Shown: positions 13,441-27,879 of the stretch, piece by piece
Layout: each line of letters starts with the position of its first letter
How positions within the stretch are numbered: the stretch's first letter is position 1
From: Azolla caroliniana
Taxonomy: Eukaryota; Plantae; Polypodiophyta
Direction: 5' to 3'
NCBI GenBank assembly: GCA_043228905.1
Contig: JBHGNT010000003.1
Span: 5,642,001-5,706,000, forward strand
DNA length: 64,000 bases
Program-made: the position numbers and the translations under genes
Notes under the pieces: model-generated
Told to the model about the DNA's origin: nothing
The model's input: only the letters and a program-made list of their open reading frames with translations
Databases searched by the model: none

Positions 13441-15957
13441 ATAAAGTCAAAAGTCTTGCGTGTTATTTGCCTTTTCAATGCAATACCGTGTTTCCTTTTC
13501 CTTCCATGATGTTTGATTGGTCTTTAAGGTAATTTGGATATTGAATTCACCCTTGGCGTGTAAAGTAATGAGTCCTATGTATCTAACCCCAACAATATGT
13601 ACTACTCCTACCCTCCTCTTGGCTCAATATTAATTCTCCCCCTCAGATAACTAGCCTAGCTAGCCAAGTATCTCCCTAAACTCTCCATGTACATTGGAAT
13701 AACATAGATGAAAATGGCATTATTGAGTGTGTGCTATTGTTATATGGTTTTACTTCGATGTTTTGTGGTGTGTGATATTAAATTTGAGATCATGGAATGT
13801 TGTGTCATGGTGTAATATGATATGGATATGATGTTATGGGATGTGTGCTAGTGATTTGTGTTGTTGATGGCCGTGACATTATGTGGTGCGGTGTATGATG
13901 GTGTTGATATGATATCAAACAACATTTAGTATTGTTATAATATCATGTAGTATGTGGTCAAGTTATTTCTAGATATTTGATATCATACACTATTGTATGG
14001 TGATGTTCTATCATGTTGCTTGTGGTGGTGTTATATGAACTTCATATGATACCACAATTTGTGGCGTTTCATTATGTAATTTCTAACTTGTAGTGAAACT
14101 TTGCCATTTTGACAATTAATGTGGTATTATTGATTGACTTAATGTTTCTTAGCAACTATGCAAAACATGTTTTTTGAAAAATCATTCCTTAGAAACTCTA
14201 TGTTAGATGATAGTGTTGAACGAATTAGTGGCACGAATGATCTATCTGTTGTATTTGGAAGAGTATAGTCTATAGGAGTAGTAGGCCAAATCATAATGTC
14301 CTTATCGGAAAACAAATTGAGCTCAGATGGAAGCACAATGAGGGAGGGTGGGAGGCCCGAGGGAGTAAACATGGTGTAGGCCACAAAAATTAATTTCACT
14401 ATTTGCAAAACCAAACTTTACAAATATATGTATCAAACATACATTTTACGGTTAACTTAATCATTGTGTCTGTCTACCTAAATAGCATGTATGTTATTTA
14501 TGTGTCCATTAACACACACATGCTACAATTTAATACTCCCTTGTAATGGGCAGATTCAATATAGCCTACTCGGATCATAAATGTTGGAATCAACTTCAAG
14601 CCCATTTCTTTTAGATCATTAACTTCTACTTTTGCCACATAGAGCAAACCAAAGGTCATTTTATGGGAAAATATTGTTCAAATTTCAACTTATAATATGA
14701 ATGTGGGAAAAAACTACATTTTCAAGTGTAAAATCCACAAAGATAAAATTATATTTATAGTTCTTTATTGAAACAAAATCCTAGAGAGAGTGAGAAAGAG
14801 AATTTTACTATTATGGGAAAACAAAACATTAAATTAAATTGTCTAAGTAGGGGGTATGATTGAACTTGTTTAAAGGAAATTCTCAAGAATGCTTCTTTCT
14901 ACATATGGTGATCTAAAACAATTGTCCATGTATTTTCAATTGTAGCAAGATATACATATCAATGCCTCTCATGGAACATGCTTATATGACACAAATTATG
15001 GAGCTTAAAACATATTGTGTACATTGTACAATATTTTGCATTCACACCTTGATATCTAAACCCCCAAATCCCCCTAAGAGTGTGCTCTAATTACGCCATG
15101 GGGATGTTAACGCAAGAGACATCAATATGGGGTATCCTAGAGTGAACGTGAGATAATCAAGGTGGTAATGTAAGACCTCTCTATACACTCATCTCCATGA
15201 CCTCCTACTTTTCTTGAATCCATGCCCTGGGATGAGCAAGCTCCCGAGGGCCACATCACAATCTATAGAGAATGAGAGAGAGGAGACTCTAGCCAAATTG
15301 TCTCCTATTTTATGATTGGATACTTCCAAATTGACGATGAACTCCTCCACCACTAAAATAGGCATCATCGATGAGGTACACCATTCTTTGTCCCCTCCTA
15401 AAATCGAGCACGATGTCTTTGCTTTACAAGTCTGAATCTTCCATGACATTAAGATCAAAATATGAAAAATATTATATCGTCTTCTCATCTTCTTTTTCCA
15501 TTTTGGCATTGATGAGGATCTCAACATTGACGACCTTATATGAGAGCTCATGGTGATGTTTTATTGAAAATGATCTTTGATGTCTTGGCCAAGCTAGTAT
15601 AAATGTTTTGGGAATTATTAACAATATAATGATGGGGGATCAATCATCTATCATGCTCCTAGACAATAGTGTTGTAATTATGTGTTTCACAGTTATGTTA
15701 AATATGAGCGTGATGTTAGATAACATAATTTCATGAATTCATGATAAGCATGTTAGGACAAAAAGAAAATGATAGGAATCAAGAAGCAATATAACTATCT
15801 CTAAAAGAAATATCTTCATGTCGTTCCCTTCCCACACACTTACTGAATCATAATATGTCGTGTCAATAGTCACAAAGTATAGAATGATAGAAAGGAGATG
15901 ATCCAGCCAATCATACATAGCTTTCTAACATTACGGTAATTATATGTATGGAAAGGT

Positions 15958-16410
15958 TGCACCTTGTTAATTGGGGTGCACATTTTCATAAGTAAAGGGT
16001 TTTCCTTTTTTCTATTTACCATTTAATTAATGGGTTTAGTAGTTTGCATGTCTTTGTAATCCTAACTTTTCACAAGAACCACGTAGACCCTTGTTCAACT
16101 CCAACATATGAGATTGTCATGATTCTTCTTTTCGCAACCATGTGATTATTGCACGTGCAATTATTAAAGAAAAACTAGTAGCTGACTTATCATTGCACCT
16201 TATTAATTGGGGTTGCACATTTTCAAAAGTCAAGAGTTTTCCTTTTTTTATTAATTTATCTAACTAATTATTTGATTTCATCTCTTGATCAATTGATAGT
16301 TTGTAAGTCTTAATCCTAAATTTTCACAACAGGTAGGTAAAGCCTTTGTTTGTCTTTTCAAATAAGAGTATCAAAATTTTTCTTCTTTTGATTACCATTT
16401 GATAGTTGCT
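15958..16410. repeat. Diverged tandem duplication, ~236-bp unit x2
   Basis: tgcacctt.ttaattgggg.tgcacattttca...ttttcctttttt at ~15958 and ~16194. Confidence 0.7.
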
Positions 16411-16797
16411 ATTAACATTATAAAAAAAACTACCAAATTATATTGACATATTCGCATTCGTAGGGTTTCCCATTCGAATGCAAACTAATACGCATACGAA
16501 TGCATGGTCAAGTATTCGTTGAACCCAAAAAAAGAAAAGAAGAAAAGAGTACAAGAAAACTGAAGTCCCTCCATCCGTTTTTAGTTTCCTAGGATAAAAA
16601 AAAGGACTTGACAATAAAAAGGGACATTAAAGGAGGGACTACACACTAATAAATTTTTATAATAAATGGAAAAGTATTCGTTTTATTTTTAATAAATAAA
16701 AAAAATAAAAGATCATTAATTTCTCAATTTTTATTCTCTCAAAATTTATGGATTTTTTTTATCGTAACATTAAAAATTGGACTTCACACTATCATAT

Positions 16798-17017
16798 TGT
16801 GAAATGCACATAAAAGGAAACCAAACCAGCCTAGCTAGCTTCATACTTATCATTCAATATATAGAAGATACAAAGGACCCATTTTGGGACGGCCTAGCTA
16901 CACGTGTCCCAAAATGGTGTGCTAAAAGGGTGGGCCAAAATGGGTGATGTGCTAAACGGGAGTGGCTAAAAGAGTGGTGTGTTCAAATGCATGCTCTTGC
17001 ATGAAAGGGACACCACA
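16798..17017 (-). repeat. 3' LTR of Gypsy A
   Basis: Matches 38414-38633; adjacent PPT reads GAGGGGGGAAA on the minus strand. Confidence 0.95.
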
Positions 17018-18232
17018 TTTCCCCCCTCAAAAAAACAAGGAGTGTTACGCTATGAGAGAAGGAGGGGTGCTAGAAGATAGGCTTGGGGTAACATATGGCT
17101 TGATACGGGCAACATGGGCTGAGGTGAATCGACCGTTGGAATCGCGTCGGAGTAAGTAAGTCGTGGACTTGATGGCACGAATTACGATGAATGGGCCGAT
17201 CCACCGGTGCATGAGGGATTCACTGAGACCACGCCGCCGGATCGGGAAGTAAACAAGGACTTTGGTTCCATCAGCATACGTCGGGGTGATTCGACCCACG
17301 TCGTAGTGTCGCTTTTGACGTTGTTGTGCGACTTGTAGATTTCGGGAGCTGGCTTGTCGAAGGAGGGGGAGCATTTGTTGGAGATAAAGCCCCCAAGTAG
17401 CACTATCCATGTTGGCAGGTTTAGAACAGATGTCAATGGACGTTTCTGGTGGGAGCCGCGGGTCGCGTCCATAGAGTGCGCGAAAAGGGCTGATCCGTGT
17501 CGACGCTTGTACGGATGTATTGTAGGCATGGGTGACAAAAGGCAAGATTTCATCCCAGGTTTTGTGGCATGGATTGATGTAAGCGGCAATTTCTTGCTTG
17601 AGGGTCTTGTTGAGGCGTTCAGTGAGGCCATTTGTTTGAGGATGGTAAGGGGATGTAAACACTTGTTGGACACCTAGTTGAGTTGCCACAACATTGAGGA
17701 CATCCCCATGGAACTGGCGGCCCTGATCAGATAAGATTTGGATAGGGCAACCATGTTGAAATATTATCTTTTGCAAGAGTTGGGAGGCAATTGTTGGCGC
17801 AGTGACGTCGGGGATGGCAACAGTTTCAGCCCATCGTGTGAGGTATTCTGTTATGACAAGGATATACCTGTTGCCCCTAGAGGTTTCGGGAAAAGGTCCC
17901 ATGAAATCCCATCTGACCAGCTCGAAAGGTGACGTGACGTTGATGGGTTGGAGTGTTCCAGCTGGCTTGCCCCCAGGTTTGATGTGTTGAAACAAAGCGC
18001 ATTGTTTGATATAGGTAGAGACTGAGTGTCTCATGTTGGGCCAATAATACTTGAGACGTAATTTTTCAAGAACCTTGTGGAAACCCAAGTGGCCTGACAA
18101 TGGGTGGTCGTGATAAAATTGGAGATACGTTTGTTGTAGGGCATGAGGGATGTAGAGACGAGGCTCGTGACGCGCTTGAATGAAAAATACCAAGTTATCG
18201 CGGAGCATGAACCGTCGTTGTGAGGGAAACGG

Positions 18233-19024
18233 TGTCGTGCCTTTCGGCTCCGGATCGTTGCGTGAGTCGGGTGGGAACCACAGAGGTCTTGGACTAGGAG
18301 AAAGAAGTTCGTGAGATAGAGATTAATTATGAGTAAATAGCAAAGAGAAAGATAAGAAACTCGTGAATCACACGAGTATACTATATTAATTGGTACTTAG
18401 GGTGTTAAGAGAGAAGTAGATGTATAAATCGTGAATCCCACGAATAATTTTTGTATTGATTAATACTTAATCCAAATAATCAACAACCCTTTATATATTT
18501 CTCTCCTCCTTATATAAGGAAGGAAGAGCTAAGCATGGCTTCATGCTTTTTTTTTTTACAAAAAGTGTTCATGTCCACTAAATGTGCATGTGATGTTTTT
18601 TTATTTCCTAAGTATAGGGCTCATGCACGCTAGATGTGCATGAGTTATTTTTAGTGTCTCGTGTTTTTTTCTTTTTCATATATTAAAAAAATACACGATT
18701 TACCTTTTAATAAAGGTATGCATAAATAAAGGTCTTATACGTATTAAATCTATGTTTAAAACACTTAAGATAAGTTAATGTAGTGGTAAGGTTGGGGTTT
18801 GTCAACGTGGAGGTGCAGAGTTCGAATCACGCCTTGTGCAGTAGTGAGTATTTCCTTTTTTTTTTTTTTACATTTATGTCTCTTTATCCGGCTCTTCCTT
18901 GCCGGTATGCCGTTTTCCTCCTAGCCGGTATGCCGTTTTCCTCCGGTTCTCACCGAGCACTCCATTCTCTATCCGGAGGGACAAAAATATAATTTCCACA
19001 TAGTGTGCAACCTACACTACGACA
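18233..19024. mobile_element. Solo LTR D (792 bp)
   Basis: TGTCGT...ACGACA termini and 4-bp TSD ACGG (18229-32, 19025-28). Non-coding, with a TATA-like motif at ~18510. Termini resemble the B/E LTRs. Confidence 0.85.
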
Positions 19025-20644
19025 ACGGTTAGAGGGAGCGCAACTGATGGATTATCTGTTGGATGGCGGGGTCGTGTTGTTGAAGTGTAGCGAGTTGTGG
19101 CAATGGTATCGGAATATCGAATGTCTCAGGGAGAAATTGGACAGCCTGGCAGTCGGCGCGAGAGAGACTATCAGCGACCAAATTGGTTGAACCTTTCCGA
19201 TAGGAGAGGGTAAACTGATAATCTTCCAGCGTCCATCGCAACAAGCGGCCTGGGGGGTGAGGTCGATGGATAAGAGAAAGCAAGGGCTGGTGGTTGGTCT
19301 CAACCGTAACCTGCCCACCATGAAGGTATGGATGAAAATGCTGGAAAGACCAGACAATCGCAAGTAGCTCCTTCTCAGTGGTTGAGTAGTTGCGTTCAAC
19401 CGGCGTGAGAGTCCGACTAATGAAGGCGACCGCCTTCTCTTGCCCGTGGCAATCGGCTTGCAAGAGGACGGCTCCTAACCCCTGGTTTGATGCATCTGTT
19501 TGCAACATGAACGGTCGGTCAAAGTTAGGATGGGCAAGCAACCCCGATTCCTTGACCATGGTTTTAAGGCGACGAAAGCTATCTTCCCAAGCAGGATCCC
19601 AACTGAATGACATGCCTTTCTTCAAGAGTTGGCGAAGGGGAAAAGTGACCAAGGCAAGGTTTGGGATGAAGCGAAGGGAAAAGGTGATCATGCCCAAAAA
19701 ACGTTGCAAGGATTTGACTGAAGTGGGGTGAGGGTAGTTGTTGATGGCTGCTACCTTTGCAGGGTCCATACGGATTCCGTCACCAGAGATGATGAAGCCG
19801 AGAAAACGGAGGCTGGTGCTTCCCCATAGACACTTCTTCCATTGGAGCTGCAAGTTATGCTTAGTTATGCAAGCGAGGACTTCGACGGGAGCTTGTAGAT
19901 GGTCCTCCCAAGTGGTCGTGTGGATAAGGATGTCATCGAGATAAACGAGGAGGACACCTTTGTTGATAAGGGCGGCAAAAATGGAGTTGGCCATTCGTTG
20001 GAATGTGCTGCTAGCATCAGACAGGCCGAACGGCATGCGGGTGAATTGGAATAGCCCGCAACGTGTGCGGAATGCGGTCTTGTGGGCGTCAGAAGGTTTT
20101 AGGGGGATTTGCCAATATCCCGAGGCTAAGTCCAGGGAGGTGAAATAACGGGAGCCACCGATTTGATCCAAGAGGTCGTCCACGCGAGGGAGCGGGTAGA
20201 GGTCATGGATAGTCACTTTGTTAAGAGGCCTGAAGTCGATGCAAAAGCGGAAGGTGCCATTATCCTTCTTGACGATGTGGGGTTCCGAAACCCAATCGCT
20301 GGTGGAAGGAACGATAATACCTTTGGTGAGCATGTCGGTGACGGCCGCATCAATGCAATCGTGGTCGAGAGGGGAACGTCGGCGGGTAGCCATGCGGATC
20401 GGAGTGGCCTCCCCAGTATGAATGGCATGTTGTACCGGGAAAGAGACAGTAGGAGCATGTGTGGGTTGGAGGGTTAGTGATGGAAAACGGGCTAATAATT
20501 GGCGGATGGAGACCAATCGCTCTTGTGGACTAAGTGCTACCTGAACTTGGCTAAGGTGGGGGCTAGGGGAGCTATCTTGTAGAAGAGGGATAGGGGAAGC
20601 ATGTGGGACAAGAAGTTTGTGGGCATCAAAATCAATCACAGCGC

Positions 20645-21284
20645 TGTCGAGGTATTCCTCGCGGACGCGTGGAATGAGGTGGGACCTCGGGGGTCTTGCA
20701 CCGAAAAGCAAGAGAGAAAGGAGAAGGGACCCACTACGTGCGAGCGTAGATTCACAGGGACACGGCCCTTCGACACAAAGACGCGAGTGGTACACCGACA
20801 CCGAGAGACACGAATGTATGTATATATATACTAACAAAGACAAACAACAAGAAGCACGAAGTCGGTTACAACTGAACAGGCCGGCGAACAGATGTCGTTG
20901 CCTGTTTGTAAACGCACAGAAAGAAAAGAAGTAGGTTGGAGGTGCTGCCGGAAGTGCTCGGGCATTCCTCAGAGCAGCGCGAGCCTCCCGAAACCTGCAC
21001 AGAAAGAAGCTACGGGGCTTGGAAGAGAGAGAAGCCTTCGGCCGACAACCCGATAACACTTCATCCTCTCTATCGTCGATCCCCTTCCTCCTTCTCGTCT
21101 CCCTCCTTTTATAGGCAAGAAAGGAGCCGTTTCCCATTAACTTCCTACCTACCGAATCTACCTACCTAGGATCTTCTATGTACCTAATTCTCTCTTACGT
21201 ACAACATAAGGCGTACGTGCATGAAGAGCCGGTTCCTACGCTCCGGTGCACCGATTCCGCTTGTGGACGGTTTTCTTCACGACA
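20645..21284 (-). repeat. 3' LTR of Gypsy B
   Basis: About 97% identical by eye to 36399-37038. Confidence 0.95.
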
Positions 21285-24200
21285 TCCGCCCCCACCTAAC
21301 CGCGCATCCACCGGCATGCGCCAAATTGTGTTGGGACGGAGAAAACCGGTCCAGTCTTTATTCCCCGCCCGTCGGTTCTTCCTCGGTTTCGGATCGTTCG
21401 TCGTCGCGGTCCAGGTTAACCGGATCCGGCTCGTCGTCGTGACGCTTCTTGAACGTTTTGATCCGCTTCCCAGCTACCGGTATCGCCATTCTCGTGCCGT
21501 CGAGTTCCGCCAGATGGTATGTCCCGTTGTCGTTGGCGCTTTGTACCACGTAAGGCCCGAACCACCTTCTTGCGAACTTCCGTGTTGCTCGGTGCTGGTG
21601 GTCGAGGCTGCTGTCGTAGACTAGCACCCAATCGCCTTCCTCGATCTTCTTCGGTCGGAGCCGGTGCGTTCGGTCGAAGCGGGCTTTGTTCCTCGTCCTT
21701 GCCACCCGAAGCTTTCCCGCAGCCTGCTCCACGTCCTCCGGTCTTCGCTCGAGCTGTCGTATGCGCGCCGCCAACAGTTCCTCCCGGCTCATCTCGTCTC
21801 TCCAGTGCACGGTTGCCCATGAGGAGATCGTACGTTCCATCGGCATGATCGGCTTCTGCCCAAACATGAGCTCTGCCGGCATGAATCCGGTTACTGAACT
21901 GTGCGTAGTTCGGTCCGCCCACAACGCGTAAGGCAGCAGCCGCGGCCAGTTCCCGACTTGACCTCCGCATGCCCGAACTAACGCCTTGACGATCGGTCCG
22001 TGTCCGCGCTCCACCTTCCCATTCGCCTCCGGATTGTACGCAGTGGTAAGCGAGAGCTTGACTCCTAGCCGGTCGAACAACTCCTCGGCCTCTTCGGCGT
22101 CCAACTCCCCTCGATCAGCCACGATCTTGCCGACGCACCCGTACCGGCATATCACGTCCTCGATCAGGAACCAACATACGCCCACGGTTGTTTTGTTCTG
22201 AAGGGCTCGGCCTTCCACCTGGTTCGTCAGATCTTCCCGAGCCAGGACCAGATACCGCATCTATCCTACTCCCATCGGCATCGTCACCAGATCTACCATC
22301 CATTTGAAGTGGATGGTCGGAGGGTACGTAGGGTGAAGCTCGTCCCGATGTCATACCATGGAGTGCATCTGACAGCTCTCGCAAGTTGTCACGAACCGAT
22401 GCACGTCCCGGTACAGTCCCGGCCACCAGTACTTCCCCTTTATCTTTTCGAACGTGGCCCACGTTCCACGGTGTCCAGCCCAAGGGCTGTCGTGGTAGGC
22501 CGTCAGCAGCTCCTCTTGTTCTTCCTCTTCTTCGGGTGCTTCCATAAGTATCCGTCCCGGAGAAAGAATCGGTATGCTTTCTTCCGGATCCGGTTGGTCT
22601 CGTCCCTCGTCCATGACGCATCCGGCGTCATTGTCCTCAAGAAACCACCGATCTGTAGCCACTCGCCGTCGTACTTGCTCACGTCGAAGCCGTTAAGCGC
22701 CGGAGTGCCCGTCCCATCGGTCGTCACGTACGCTGGCTCGAAGAAGTCCACGCCGACTTCTTCGTCCTCCGAAACCATGCCGCCCTCGTCATCAAACCTC
22801 GCCCTCGAAAGCATGTCGGCCATGGCGTTGTCCTTTCCGGAAATGTGTCGTATTTTCGGGTCTAGGGACTTGATGTACGCTATCCACCTGAGCATCGCCA
22901 GCTCCGGTGTTGCGCATCCGGAAACCATGCCGAGAATTGGTAGGCAATCCGTCTCGATAATCACTTCTGTCCAGATTAGGTAGTCTTTGTCGGCCTTTAC
23001 TGCCGAAACGATACCCCAGAGTTCGCGTTTAACCTGGGCATACCCTCGCTGTCGCTCACTGAGGACCTTCGTGCCGAATCGGATCGGGAACCGAATGCCG
23101 TCCTCGTCTTCTTGGTTGACGACCCATCCGATCCCGGTCGGACTCGTATCCACCGTTATGTATACCGGGGTACCCTTCTCGTAGACAGCCTTCCGGAGTG
23201 CCGGTGCTGCCGCAAGAGCTTCCTTCAGCTTCCAGACCGACTCCGTGTGCTCGTCTCGCCACTCGAATTTTCGCCCCTTCTTCAGCAACCCGTATAGCGG
23301 TTCCGCAACGTGGGCGTAATGCGGGATCCATATGTGGTAGAATGCGCATGCCCCCAGGAACCTCCGAACCTCCGTAACCGAGCTACAGTCGGTCTTCATC
23401 GCGGAGATGGCTTCTACTTTTGCCAGAGACGGCTTCCGGCCATATGGTCCACATAGGTGTCCGACCACCAGGATTTCTGATTGCCCGAAGGCCGATTTCT
23501 CCCCGGAGAAGGTGAGCCTCGCATCCTCTAACCTTTGTAGCACCTTCTCGCAGTCGTCGATGTGTGTTGCCACGAATCACCCGAGTGTCTCATCCTTCTC
23601 TTCCACCGGGCATCCTTTGATCGGGATGTCGTCTAGAAATGGCATGGTGATGTCCGGGATGCAATCCCTCAGTACCTTGTTCATTGCATTCACCATGTGG
23701 GCCACCGAGTTGGTCCCTCCTTGTGGCAGGGTACACATTCGCACTAGGCCGAGGGGAGTTCTCATCGTCGTAATGTCTCTACTCTCCACGGCTAGCTAGA
23801 ACTGGTCGTACCCCGAGTACAAATCACCGACCGAGTAAATCCACCTTCCGGCAAAGGCCTCTGCGAACTCGTCTATGGTCGGTCCGATTCCTGCGTTCCG
23901 AATGGTCACTCTGTTGACCGGCTGCAGGTCTTGAATGAAGCGCAATGTTCCGTTTTTCTTTGGTACGGTAAACCATCGGTTCGAGTATGGGGCACTCGAC
24001 GGTTCGAGAATGCCCATACCGACTTTCTGCCTCAATAGCTCCATCAACTTCGGGATGTAAGCTCTCGGTACTGGAATCGGCTTGAGATTCCACGGCACAT
24101 GCGGTACCGTGAATATCACCATCGGCTCCACGATTGTCGGGTCTACGCACCCGATCTCATCCGGTGAGAATGCAAAGGCTTTCCCGTGCCTTCCGAGCAT

Positions 24201-24835
24201 TCTCCGAAACTGGTCTTCCTCCGCCGGCAGTAGGAACCCGCCCCCACCGATCTTGAGCTCCCGGAGCGTCCCGTCGGTGAAGGTGTGTCCTATGCAGAAC
24301 GGATCTTGTAAACTGGGTGTTATTCTCTAGCCGGACAAGGCCTAACACAAGGTGTCACGGAGACACTTCACCAAAGGGTGGTTACGGCATAGGATTAAGA
24401 TTCAACGATTGCACCGACTTACATAGGTTACACGATTAGAATGCTTTGGTTAATTACACGCGTAAGATATAACAGTAATTACAGAACGGAAATCAAGACA
24501 GAAGTATAAACATCATAAGCTCTATTAATTATCCGCTGTCATTACAATGGGGTCCGGGCCTTTAAATAGGTTTCCGGCCCGTAGTACAAAACGGTGCCTC
24601 TCGCACCTATTCGGGATCCGTCCGGATCTGGAACGGCATACCGTTTCCAGTCCGTCCGTCCACACTATGCTTATTACAACCATACTTAATTAATTCCTTC
24701 ACTCCGTATTTTGGACTCCTTGCCGGCCGGTAACACATGGCACGCCCGTGGGACAGTACCTTGTACGTCGAACCCTTCTCGGCCCCTTCATTGTTCACCC
24801 AAACTGTCCAAAATATCTTGTTCCAGAGTTTCCAA

Positions 24836-27802
24836 TTATTCTTCCGGTTGTGGTTGTTGCGGTTGTGCTTGCTGCTGCTGCTGTGGTTGCGGTTGGGACT
24901 GAGGCTGTTCCGGCTGCTCTATAGGCGGCTGCTCGGCTTGCTGCTGCTGCTCCGTTTGTTTCGCTGACTCCGGCTGCTCCGTTTGTCTCTCTGGCTCCGG
25001 CCTCTCCGTTTGACTGCTTCCGGTCCGGTCTCCTTCCAGTAACGGTTCCTCATCACTGAGGTTGACCGTAACTGGTTCTCGTTCTTTCTCTCCCCGGATC
25101 CGGGACCTCTCGTAGCTTTCAAACTGGATCTGCGCCTCCAGCCTGTTGTCGTCTAGCTGAGCTACAAGTTGCCGGACTTGCTCTAGTTGGTCCTCTGCCA
25201 AGGCTTGAAAGTCTTCGGCCAGCTCATCTCTTATGCCGGTGAAGTCTTCGGAATTCAACATATAGCAATCATCTCCCTCCTTCCGCCGGTTCTCTACGTC
25301 GGCCCGGAGCAATTGGAGTTCCGCCGCGTTCGTGGCCCACTTGGTCCACCATTTGACGGAACCGTTGTCAATCAAGCTCTTGGTCTGGTTCAACCAGGCC
25401 CGCATGATATCCTGGATGCGACTTGCTCCCATTTGTGCTCTGCTTTCCACCACTTGTCGCTCCTCCTTCAACTGCTTGATGAGATTTGCCGTATCCTCCG
25501 CCTGCTCTCTGTAGCGCGTCAGCTGCCCTTGATATGTCGTTTGCAGCCTCTGCAGTACCTCCGCCGCTCTTTCCTTTTCCGCCTGCTGTTGCCTGAGGAG
25601 CTCTGTCCGAACCTTCTCCGCCTCTTTCAACCGTCTTCTGTTTTCCGCTTGTTCCTTGGCGAATGCGGTTGCGGTCCGATCAACTGCTTGCCGGAGCTCA
25701 TCCGTCCGTTCCTTGTGCTCCGTTTGCAACCGTTTATACTCCCGGTGCAATTGCTCAAATTCCTCCGTTTTTTGTTTGAGCTTGCCGTTGATCTGGCGAT
25801 GGTTCCGGTCCTCCCGGTCCTTTACCTGCCGGAGTTCCTCTTTCAGGCGCTCTACTTCTGTTTCGGCGTTCCTCCGGAGCCTGTCCTTCTCTTGCAGCAT
25901 TTTCTCCTTCTCCTCCTTGAGCCGGTCGTACGCTTGGTGGCCCTTTCGTAAGCTCTCCTCGGCCAAGCGCAGCTTCTCAGCAGTCTTTTTGAGTTCTGCC
26001 TCCGCTGCCGTTTTCAACTCTCTTTCGCGGCTCCTCAGCGCTTCTTGGGTAGCTAGCTCATCCTTTAAATCCGCAAGCTCTTGGGCTTGTGCCGCATTTC
26101 TCTCCGGAACGGTTTCCGTTGCCGGGGTCTGATTGCTATGTACAGATTGATCTGCCGCTTTATTCTGTACATTGCCCGGAGTCACCGGTACTTGGACTTG
26201 TGTTGTCAAAGCCAATTGAGCCATTTCCCTTGTGAACCTGTCCAAGTCTTGTTCAAGGCTCCGGATTCTGGACCGGGCCGTCTCTAGATCTACGGTTGTG
26301 ACGAGCAACCGTTCCTGGTGCGCTCTCTCTTCCGCCTCTATATACTCGACCACTCCGGCGATTTGCTCGCCTACCCACCGTAGCCACATGCTACTGGTGC
26401 CTTGTTGCTGTACTGGTCGGGTCGGCTCATTCACTGTGGAATTGTCTGGCCTGAGTGCCTGCATATGCCGTTCTGGTTCTACTCCTTGGCCGCCGTGTGT
26501 GCTGGCTGGGCTCGCCGGCTGTTGAGTTCCGGTTCTCGCCGTCCCCGGAGCCGTTGGAATGACTTCTTCTATAGAAGTCGACAAGACCGGTTCCCTACGC
26601 ACCGGTTCCGGTTCCTCCCTTGTGGTTTGCTCAGGTTGAGTTGGGGGCGTTTCTGCCTCTCGCGGGTACGACCGCTCCCCTCCTGTCTCGGCGGTCCTAC
26701 TTCTTGACCGTCGTTGGAGGTGCTCTTCTGGCTCCTCCGTTTCCTCTTCCTGTGTCACGGCATGTTTCTGTGCCGTCAAGGGTTCCGGTTCCTTCTGTCC
26801 CGGTCTCCGTATGGTTATCTTGACGGGTCGGACCGGTGACACCTCCTCTGGTTCTGGGACCCGCTTCTTCCCTTTCGTCGCCTTCGACGCCAGCAGCTGC
26901 TGTCGTTTGGACGCCGGCTTCGAGGTGCTTCCTTCCGATACTCTTGGCCGCTTCTTTGGCTGGACGGTCTCGACCGGCGGCACGAGCAATGTTATCCATT
27001 GAGCTACGGCGTGCCACAGCTTCCGGCCCTCCTTGCCGTCCTTTCCTCGTACCATGTCGATTGCCGTGCACAAACCGTCTGCAATCAACACCGGCCAGTC
27101 CACCTTGACCCCTTCATAGGTGGCTATGATCATCCCTGCCCGATTTTTTGGCATGACAGGGGGTCGGGGGTACACGTGACCGTACTCATGGAGCACTCGA
27201 GCTATCTCCCTGAATAGCGGATCTTCGCCGCCCTGCGTCCGATAGCCTTTGCCGGCAACAGAGTACTCACCGAAATATCAGATGAGTTGCTCCGAGGTTG
27301 GGTTATCGATCTGAAAGATTCCTCCCTCCGGAAGGCCTGTTAGCGCACGGATCGCTTCCTCGGTGATGACCTCTGTGGCAAGCTCCTTGATGACCCGGTC
27401 GGCTTCTCTGTGCGGCGGTGCCTCCATGATGGCCAAGAACCCCTCCAGTCCGTGTTGCCTGAACCATTTCCTGGCCGCTTCCGACAGTGTTTGTGGTTCC
27501 ATGTCTGCTTCAAGGTCGAGGGGAGATGGCGAGGTAGAGTGGTGATGAGAGTGAGAGCGAGAGAGAGAGCGTTCCGAACGTGGGGGTTCTCTGCGTGCAG
27601 GTTCGCGTTTGCTCAGCTTCCACTGCCTTGGTGCTTCTGTGCTTCTTGGCTCGCGAAATGAAAAGGTCTCCATGCGTTCTGCTTCTTCTTTGTGCGTTTT
27701 GGCGCCTTTTTCGAGCATGCACACGTCGTGTACCAATTTAGTATTAAGTAGCGTGGCGGCTCTTAAATGCCCACTACGTACCTTTTCGCGCCTTGCTTTC
27801 AC
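24836..27802 (-). pseudogene. Extra 3' ORF of element C (~960-990 aa; N-terminal globular domain, long coiled coil, Q/P/E-rich tail), one in-frame TGA
   Basis: ORFs 27278-27802 and 24836-27196 are in the same frame, separated only by TGA at 27278-80 and an open linker (YFGEYSVAGKGYR...). Confidence 0.75.
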
Positions 27803-27827
27803 ACCCGTTCATACCTCGATTTTTAAT

Positions 27828-27828
<1 letters not shown>

Positions 27829-27865
<37 letters not shown>
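27829..27865 (-). repeat. 37-nt poly(A) tract (poly-T on +) between pol and the extra ORF of C
   Basis: Homopolymer seen directly. Confidence 0.9.
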
Positions 27866-27866
<1 letters not shown>

Positions 27867-27879
27867 ACGGTATGTGATC

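Noticed and set aside
13700-15560. Short ORFs (14139-14414, 15189-15551) and a TG-rich low-complexity tract
   Set aside because: No recognisable domain or element boundaries; probably old decayed repeats.
19029-21137. 702-aa ORF as a novel N-terminally extended RT
   Set aside because: The first ~165 aa are chance read-in from the LTR of B; the same peptide recurs at 36379-36891.
24836-27196. Envelope gene
   Set aside because: No signal peptide or transmembrane helix is visible; the protein is mostly charged coiled coil.
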